Assembly (NCBI GenBank): GCA_002392285.1 | Contig: DGGR01000006.1 | Span: 110 to 32,109, forward strand | Reading direction: 5' to 3' | Source of the DNA: Verrucomicrobia bacterium UBA3869 | GTDB taxonomy: Bacteria; Verrucomicrobiota; Verrucomicrobiia; Opitutales; UBA9783 | Length of the DNA: 32,000 nucleotides | Shown: piece after piece, positions 27,075-32,000 of the stretch | Position numbering within the stretch: position 1 is the stretch's first letter | Layout of the letters: the number at the start of each line of letters is the position of its first letter | Position numbers and translations under genes: made by a program | The notes under the pieces: generated by a model | Seen by the model: only the letters and a program-made list of their open reading frames with translations | The model's database searches: none | Told to the model about the DNA's origin: nothing

Positions 27075-29120
27075 ATGAATGCTGAGAATCTTTTAGAAAT
27101 CAAGCGCATTTCTTGCCTATCAGCAAAGGACGCTTTTCAAACACTCATGGCTTCTGTACATCGGGGAATGAGGATTGTGATCCCTGATGAATCTTTTCGC
27201 ATGCAGTTTATATCGGCTTACTCATCGGATGAATGGGGGGCAACGGTATCGGTTGATACTCCAGGGTCGCTAGGCAAGGCTTTGTATGGTATTGATTATG
27301 AGGCATGGGCTGCCTGGGACGAGCGTTATCATGGAGGGAAGGACCCTGCAGATTTATTTAAAGACAACGCTCCTTGGAAGGAAGCATTCGAGCAGTATGT
27401 GAATCAGTATAAGCATGAGGGTGGAGCTCAAACAGCAGCGGTTCAATCCACAGGATGTGTTTTGTTCGGTTATTTTTCAGAAAAAAATCTCAAGACATTA
27501 TTTCAATGGTTTCCCGGTGTTTTTAGGGTTTATATTGAACGGAAATTGGGGATTGATGGGGCTGCAGTTCCCTTATCTGCTGAACCGATTGCAAGCGATG
27601 GGCTTGGTTATGCTTGGATGCTGCACAACGCGCAATCCAATCAGCAGATGATTATCGGTTCTCAAAACCCTGAGGTGGTTGACCTAACGCCTTTAGGCCA
27701 AACTCCCTTGCCGCTTTTGATGAGCGCCTGGCTGGATTGGCAGGAATATGGGAGCGTGAACCACTTTAGGATTTATCTACGGGAGTGGGAAAAACAATCG
27801 AGAGAGGCAAATTGCGGTAAATGGAAGGAAGATTTGAAGCAAGCATCGGGCTTATATCATCAATTTTCGAACGCAAAAGCATGGCTTTTAAGACACAACA
27901 AGGATTGGATTAAGCAGTTTGAATGGATTGAAAGTCCGTTTGATGGCTTAGTAGAAACGTTTGTTGCTCAATACCGAACCGCTTTGCGCAACCATTTGTT
28001 GTTAGCCCTTGAGCCTTTTTGGGATACTTGTATGTTACCCATCAACCGGCAGCAATTTTTTGCGTATGTACGCCGACGTATGCAATTGAAAATGGGTGTT
28101 AAAGGGATAACGCTTGAAAACGCTTTGTACTTACCGATGAGCGCCTGCAAGGTGTTGTTGAAGGTAAATGAAAACACCCCCCTGACTCCTAAGACTTTAC
28201 GGGCATTACAAGCGTTGCAAGCGGATGGGTGTCAGGTGCAGCTAGGAGTTATTCAGGATGTAAACCGTGAGGATACGAACAGCCAATGTTCCGATGAGTT
28301 GGATTGGCATGATGAGTTTCAGGTGACATGCACAGGCGATTCGCTTTATAATCCTCAAAATTTGCTCGTTCCTACCTCCTTTATTAATTTTTCGTGTACC
28401 GACTGGGAAAATGTGCGCAAACGCCCCCTAAACACTTGGTTTTCTGCAGTCTTAAAGACGCATGCAGAGCCTTTATCTGAACGCTTTTCAGGAGAAAAGT
28501 TATTGGGAGAATGGACGCATGCGATTCTGCGTTTTGAACAGCGGATTCAGAATTTGGAGGAATGGAAAGCCCATCGGGAAGAACGCATGCATCAATTGCT
28601 GCAGGATTCGGGTAACACCTTGGTTTTGCAGCATTTAGGCCAACGTGCGTTGTATATCAGCAACTTAATGGCTGCAGCGTGTGAGGAGTTGTTGAGTAAG
28701 CATTGGGAGTTGAAATGCGAATGGACACTGCCGGATTCGAGCCCTTATCGCGGCCGTATTGACCTATTGGCCATTAATGCAAAGGAGCGGCGTATTGTGA
28801 TTGTGGATTACAAAACCAGCAATCAGGCCAAGTTTCAGCCTAAAAAGGACGGTTCTTGTTGGCAATTGATTCTGTATGGGAAGGCGCTGCAAAAGGAATA
28901 TCCGACCTATAAGATTCAAGTGTGGATGGTTAAGCCTACGGGCGAAAAGCAAGAAATTCCATTGGACGCTAGCGATAAAGTCGAGCAATGGATAGAAGCG
29001 TTTAAGAAAACCGGCTGGTATGATGACTTGCCTGAGATTGATGACAGGCAATTGGATGAGTTGCCGCTTATGTATAGCCCAGCCAAGCTTAGGGATTTGA
29101 GCGACAACAGCAGCAGTTAG
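27075..29120 (+). CDS. PD-(D/E)XK nuclease superfamily protein, AddB-like (RecB-type nuclease domain at the C-terminus, no ATPase motifs)
   Basis: The C-terminal motifs are GEWTHAILRFE (motif I), GRIDLL (II), IVIVDYKTS (III, D-x-K) and QLILYGKAL (QxxxY). The N-terminal ~500 aa have no Walker A motif. ATG 27075 is preferred over the track's TTG 27024, which would overlap the divergent pilin gene. Confidence 0.7.
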   Translation: MNAENLLEIKRISCLSAKDAFQTLMASVHRGMRIVIPDESFRMQFISAYSSDEWGATVSVDTPGSLGKALYGIDYEAWAAWDERYHGGKDPADLFKDNAPWKEAFEQYVNQYKHEGGAQTAAVQSTGCVLFGYFSEKNLKTLFQWFPGVFRVYIERKLGIDGAAVPLSAEPIASDGLGYAWMLHNAQSNQQMIIGSQNPEVVDLTPLGQTPLPLLMSAWLDWQEYGSVNHFRIYLREWEKQSREANCGKWKEDLKQASGLYHQFSNAKAWLLRHNKDWIKQFEWIESPFDGLVETFVAQYRTALRNHLLLALEPFWDTCMLPINRQQFFAYVRRRMQLKMGVKGITLENALYLPMSACKVLLKVNENTPLTPKTLRALQALQADGCQVQLGVIQDVNREDTNSQCSDELDWHDEFQVTCTGDSLYNPQNLLVPTSFINFSCTDWENVRKRPLNTWFSAVLKTHAEPLSERFSGEKLLGEWTHAILRFEQRIQNLEEWKAHREERMHQLLQDSGNTLVLQHLGQRALYISNLMAAACEELLSKHWELKCEWTLPDSSPYRGRIDLLAINAKERRIVIVDYKTSNQAKFQPKKDGSCWQLILYGKALQKEYPTYKIQVWMVKPTGEKQEIPLDASDKVEQWIEAFKKTGWYDDLPEIDDRQLDELPLMYSPAKLRDLSDNSSS

Positions 29121-29556
29121 GGGGTTCCGTTGGCTCATTGCGCAAAGCTTTTAAAAAGGTATGCCACGCTAAGGTAGCACATTTGACACGCATAGGGAAT
29201 TTGCGAACCCCCATTAAGGCTTTTAATTCATCCAAATGGTTTGGAAGTGCCGCATTGGGGTCGTTTAACACCTGTAGGACTTGATTAGCATCCGCTTCAG
29301 CTTGAGCAATTGTTTTTCCCTGCAAGTGCAAGGTCATAATCGATGCTGAGGCTTTGCAAATGGCGCACCCTTGGCCGGTAAAACTGACTGTTTCTAAGGT
29401 TCCTTCTTTGTTGAGCAGTAAATAGACGGAAATTTCGTCACCGCAGGTAGGATTAACCCCATACGCTTTGTTAGTGGGATGCTCGATCGCATAAAAGTTA
29501 TTCGGATTCTCGTTGTGAGCCAACAGTACCTCTTGGTAGATTTCAAGCGTGTTCAT
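29089..29556 (-). CDS. sufU: SufU-type Fe-S cluster assembly sulfur-transfer/scaffold protein
   Basis: NPTCGDEISVYL, FTGQGCAICKASASIMT and FPMRVKCATLAWHTF give the three conserved Cys. The SufU-type insertion lies before the third Cys. ATGA overlap with sufS. Confidence 0.88.
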   Translation of the reverse strand: MNTLEIYQEVLLAHNENPNNFYAIEHPTNKAYGVNPTCGDEISVYLLLNKEGTLETVSFTGQGCAICKASASIMTLHLQGKTIAQAEADANQVLQVLNDPNAALPNHLDELKALMGVRKFPMRVKCATLAWHTFLKALRNEPTEPPNCCCCRSNP

Positions 29557-30788
29557 TTCCTAAAAAACTTTAAGGTTCGTTCAATGGATTGTGCCAAATG
29601 GTCTACATCTTCGCAGGTATTATAAATTCCAAAAGAAGCCCGCAAAACCCCTCCGTTTAAGCATTGTAAGCGGCGAATCAAGGGTTGACTGCAATGGTAA
29701 CCGCCGCGTATCGCAACATTATCGTCGCTCATCAATTGCGCTGCGTCGTGCGGATGTACGCCATCCAAAATAAAGGGTACGACCGCTGTTCGGTGTTTAG
29801 GATGACCTAAAACCTGTACTTGCGGGATGGATTTGAGGGTTTTTTCGGTATAGCGAATGACGGAATCTTCGTAAGCCGTGATTGCGTCCCATGAAAACTG
29901 TTGTAGGTAATCGATGGCTGCTCCCATCCCGATGATATCGGCAATAGGCGGTGTGCCTGCTTCGAAGCGAAAAGGAACATCCGCTGGGGTAAACCCTTCC
30001 GCTGTTACCTCTTGCATCATGGTTCCTCCGCCCTGATAGGGGGGTAGGGTTTCAAGCAAGGCTTGTTTCCCGTAAAAAAATCCAGAACCGGTTGGTCCAT
30101 ACATTTTGTGCCCCGATGCGACCAAAAAATCGCAATCCAAGCTGCGAACTGAAATCGGTAGGTGCGCGACGGTTTGAGCTGCATCGACAATCACCAGCGT
30201 TCCGTTAGCATGAGCGCGTGCAATGATTGCTTTCATATCCGGTGTGGTGCCTAAGACATTGGATACATGGGTTAGGGTTAACAGTTTTGTTTTTGGAGTT
30301 AACAACCGATCGAGCGTTGCGAGTTCCAACTCACCTTCCGCATTGATAGGGAACAGCTTTACCTTAATTCCCCGCTTATATTGCTGTATCTGCCAAGGGA
30401 TTAAGTTGGAATGATGCTCCAGCTCGGATACAATTACCTCATCGCCAGGCTTAAAATAGCGCTGGCCAATAATTTCTGCGAGGCAATTGAGCGCTTCGGT
30501 AGCGCCGCGGGTAAATACAATTTCGTTTGGCGAAGCGGCATCGATAAAATGAGCTACGCGTGATCTTACCCCCTCATAGGCTTCGGTTGAACGTTCGCCC
30601 CATGTATAGAAGCTGCGATGTACGTTAGCGTTATAATGAAGATAAAAATCACTGATGGCATCAATAACCGACCGGGGCTTTTGGGTGGTTGCAGAATTAT
30701 CCAGATAAGCAATCGGCTGGTTTTTCGAATTGCAATACCCTAGCGCAGGAAAATCCTTGCGGATTTTATGGATATCCAATGGCTGCAT
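29553..30788 (-). CDS. sufS: Cysteine desulfurase SufS (class II aminotransferase V)
   Basis: 411 aa. The PLP-Lys region is SGHKMYGPTGSGFFYG and the active-site Cys loop is RGGYHCSQPL. Lies immediately upstream of sufU. Confidence 0.92.
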   Translation of the reverse strand: MQPLDIHKIRKDFPALGYCNSKNQPIAYLDNSATTQKPRSVIDAISDFYLHYNANVHRSFYTWGERSTEAYEGVRSRVAHFIDAASPNEIVFTRGATEALNCLAEIIGQRYFKPGDEVIVSELEHHSNLIPWQIQQYKRGIKVKLFPINAEGELELATLDRLLTPKTKLLTLTHVSNVLGTTPDMKAIIARAHANGTLVIVDAAQTVAHLPISVRSLDCDFLVASGHKMYGPTGSGFFYGKQALLETLPPYQGGGTMMQEVTAEGFTPADVPFRFEAGTPPIADIIGMGAAIDYLQQFSWDAITAYEDSVIRYTEKTLKSIPQVQVLGHPKHRTAVVPFILDGVHPHDAAQLMSDDNVAIRGGYHCSQPLIRRLQCLNGGVLRASFGIYNTCEDVDHLAQSIERTLKFFRK

Positions 30789-30811
30789 GATTAAATAAAA
30801 TCTATTTGGTT

Positions 30812-30885
30812 TGGCTGCCCTGCAAGGATTCGAACCTTGACTAAATGAACCAAAATCACTTGTGCTACCATTACACCACTGGGCA
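30812..30885 (-). tRNA. tRNA-Gln (UUG)
   Basis: Minus strand reads TGCCCAGTGGTGTAATGGTAGCACAAGTGATTTTGGTTCATTTAGTCAAGGTTCGAATCCTTGCAGGGCAGCCA. It has U1-A72 and G73 as in bacterial tRNA-Gln, anticodon loop TTTTGGT (UUG), T arm CAAGG-TTCGAAT-CCTTG and an encoded CCA. There is one A6/A67 mismatch in the acceptor stem. Confidence 0.85.
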
Positions 30886-31016
30886 TTAGAACCTTACCCA
30901 CTAAGATGGTTTTTCTCCTTTATCCCGTCAAGTAAATTTGTATTGACCTGGGGAGAAGTGATTTTAGATAAAAACAATAAGCAAATAGCTTATAGAATAG
31001 TTAATAATTTCCCCTT

Positions 31017-31271
31017 ATGATCGATACGATTGCTTGCAGTGTTGCATTTGTTACCACTATGATTGGTGTGGTGCCGCAAATTATTAAAGGATACCGTACG
31101 AAATCCATGAAAGATGTATCGTTAGTGATGCTCTTAAATTGTTTACTTTGCTGTATTGCTTGGCTTATCCATGCAATGTATGTTGCAGATTATACTCTCA
31201 TGTGGAGCGAAGTGTTTTGTACCATCACCACGATTATCGCACTCATTCAAAAGCATCAATATGCTGCTTGA
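31017..31271 (+). CDS. SemiSWEET / PQ-loop family 3-TM transporter
   Basis: 84 aa with three predicted TM helices. The PQ motif in TM1 (FVTTMIGVVPQIIKGYRTKSMKDVS) is collinear with characterised bacterial SemiSWEETs. Confidence 0.75.
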   Translation: MIDTIACSVAFVTTMIGVVPQIIKGYRTKSMKDVSLVMLLNCLLCCIAWLIHAMYVADYTLMWSEVFCTITTIIALIQKHQYAA

Positions 31272-31899
31272 TTTAGAGCGCTATAAAAGTGTTTTGTGCT
31301 TACATGGCGATTTGCCATTGACGTGGCTAAAAAGCAGTACGCTGCCCATTATTGCAACCGATGGGGCGGCTAATGACTTAATTGCTGCTGGTATTTATCC
31401 TGCTATGATTATTGGGGATTGCGATAGTATTCATCCTGATTTACTCAAAACCTATCCTCATCGGCGAATTCAGGATCAAAATTCAACCGATTTCGAGAAA
31501 GCCCTTCAGTATTTAGCCGAAACCAACCAACTTCCAACGATTATTACGGGAATCAACGGTGGATTTTTAGACCAAATCATTGCGAATATCGGCATTTTTG
31601 CTCGCACGGATGCGTTGTATTATTCGGACACCTTGTTGGGATGGGCCATGAATGAAGGAAGTCATAGCTTTACCTTCCCCCAAGATACCAAAATTTCTCT
31701 TTTTGGATGCCCACAAGCACTCATTACCAGTGAAGGCCTTCGGTGGGAATTGAAGCAGTCCCATTTAATCTTTGGCACATTCTGCTCCTCATCCAATCGC
31801 GTACAAACTGCCCCATTACGCATAACCGTCCACAAAGGTAAGGTATTGGCCTTTGCCTACTGCAATCCGGTTATCGATGCCGGCAGTATCCATTATTAA
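31261..31899 (+). CDS. thiN: Thiamine pyrophosphokinase (thiamine diphosphokinase, ThiN/TPK)
   Basis: IIGDCDS (GDxDS) and DQNSTDFEKAL (D-x-TD-x-E-x-AL) are present, as is GINGGFLDQIIANI (GGRxDH/Q region, here lacking the Arg). A C-terminal beta-rich thiamine-binding-like domain follows. ATG 31261 overlaps the SemiSWEET stop by 11 nt. The track ORF start at 31156 is an out-of-context extension inside the SemiSWEET gene. Confidence 0.8.
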   Translation: MLLDLERYKSVLCLHGDLPLTWLKSSTLPIIATDGAANDLIAAGIYPAMIIGDCDSIHPDLLKTYPHRRIQDQNSTDFEKALQYLAETNQLPTIITGINGGFLDQIIANIGIFARTDALYYSDTLLGWAMNEGSHSFTFPQDTKISLFGCPQALITSEGLRWELKQSHLIFGTFCSSSNRVQTAPLRITVHKGKVLAFAYCNPVIDAGSIHY

Positions 31900-32000
31900 G
31901 CAACGCTTTGAGCATGTTAGAACGTCCGTCCTACACCGATATAGACCTGGTCGGAGTGGAGGTTAGCCAATTTGGGGATGGTATAGCCGTACAACTTAGC

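Noticed and set aside
28764-29138. 124-aa minus-strand track ORF overlapping the 3' end of the nuclease gene and the sufU terminus
   Set aside because: It is entirely antisense to the conserved PD-(D/E)XK domain region and in a different frame from sufU. The composition is implausible and no motifs are present.
30886-31016. Searched for a TPP riboswitch (THI-box) upstream of the SemiSWEET-TPK pair
   Set aside because: I found none of the conserved CUGAGA or ACCUGAUCUGGAUAAUGCCAGCG-like elements by eye, so no riboswitch is claimed. A covariance-model scan (Rfam RF00059) would be definitive.
31914-32000. Open frames at the right edge: plus-strand MLERPSYTDIDLVGVEVSQFGDGIAVQLS.. from ATG 31914, or a minus-strand gene ending ..AKLYGYTIPKLANLHSDQVYIGVGRTF* at 31917
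   Set aside because: Only about 28 codons are visible, both strands are open, and neither peptide is recognisable. The evidence is insufficient to call either one.

Overview
Gene-dense bacterial chromosomal window, mid-40s % GC by eye. I call 31 protein genes and 2 tRNAs, and saw no rRNA, CRISPR array, IS element or prophage. Minus strand, 1-10.8 kb: partial ymdB (missed by the ORF track), tRNA-CAU, xth, a 51-aa lipoprotein, pgi, a PgcA-like phosphohexomutase, an RbfA::UDP-sugar pyrophosphorylase fusion, infB and nusA. Plus strand, 11-22.1 kb: rpsR, a frameshifted sua5/tsaC, an Npt/Tlc ATP/ADP translocase, an LptD-like OMP, an FMN-less CysJ-like reductase, an M24 aminopeptidase, a DAACS symporter, a xerD-like recombinase, rpsT and a SurA-like chaperone. 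Mixed strands, 22.2-32 kb: ychF, an orphan secreted protein, a ComGA/GspE-like ATPase, an FmdB zinc ribbon, mutY, a pseudopilin, an AddB-like PD-(D/E)XK nuclease, sufS-sufU, tRNA-Gln, a SemiSWEET and thiamine pyrophosphokinase. The ATP/ADP translocase, the eukaryote-type UDPGP enzyme and the pseudopilin type suggest, by inference only, a host-associated PVC-superphylum bacterium (Chlamydiota- or Verrucomicrobiota-like). The leads most worth following are: (1) the in-frame RbfA::UDPGP fusion, translationally coupled to infB and followed by pgm and pgi; (2) sua5/tsaC split at an A9 tract that forms the dnaX-type A_AAA_AAG heptamer in exactly the phase that restores the protein; (3) a SemiSWEET overlapping thiamine pyrophosphokinase, suggesting vitamin uptake and trapping; (4) a scattered minimal pseudopilus-like set (ATPase, orphan secreted protein, pseudopilin) interleaved with mutY and fmdB, next to a Walker-less AddB-like nuclease. 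No homology search was run. All calls rest on motif recognition in my own translations and in the supplied ones.
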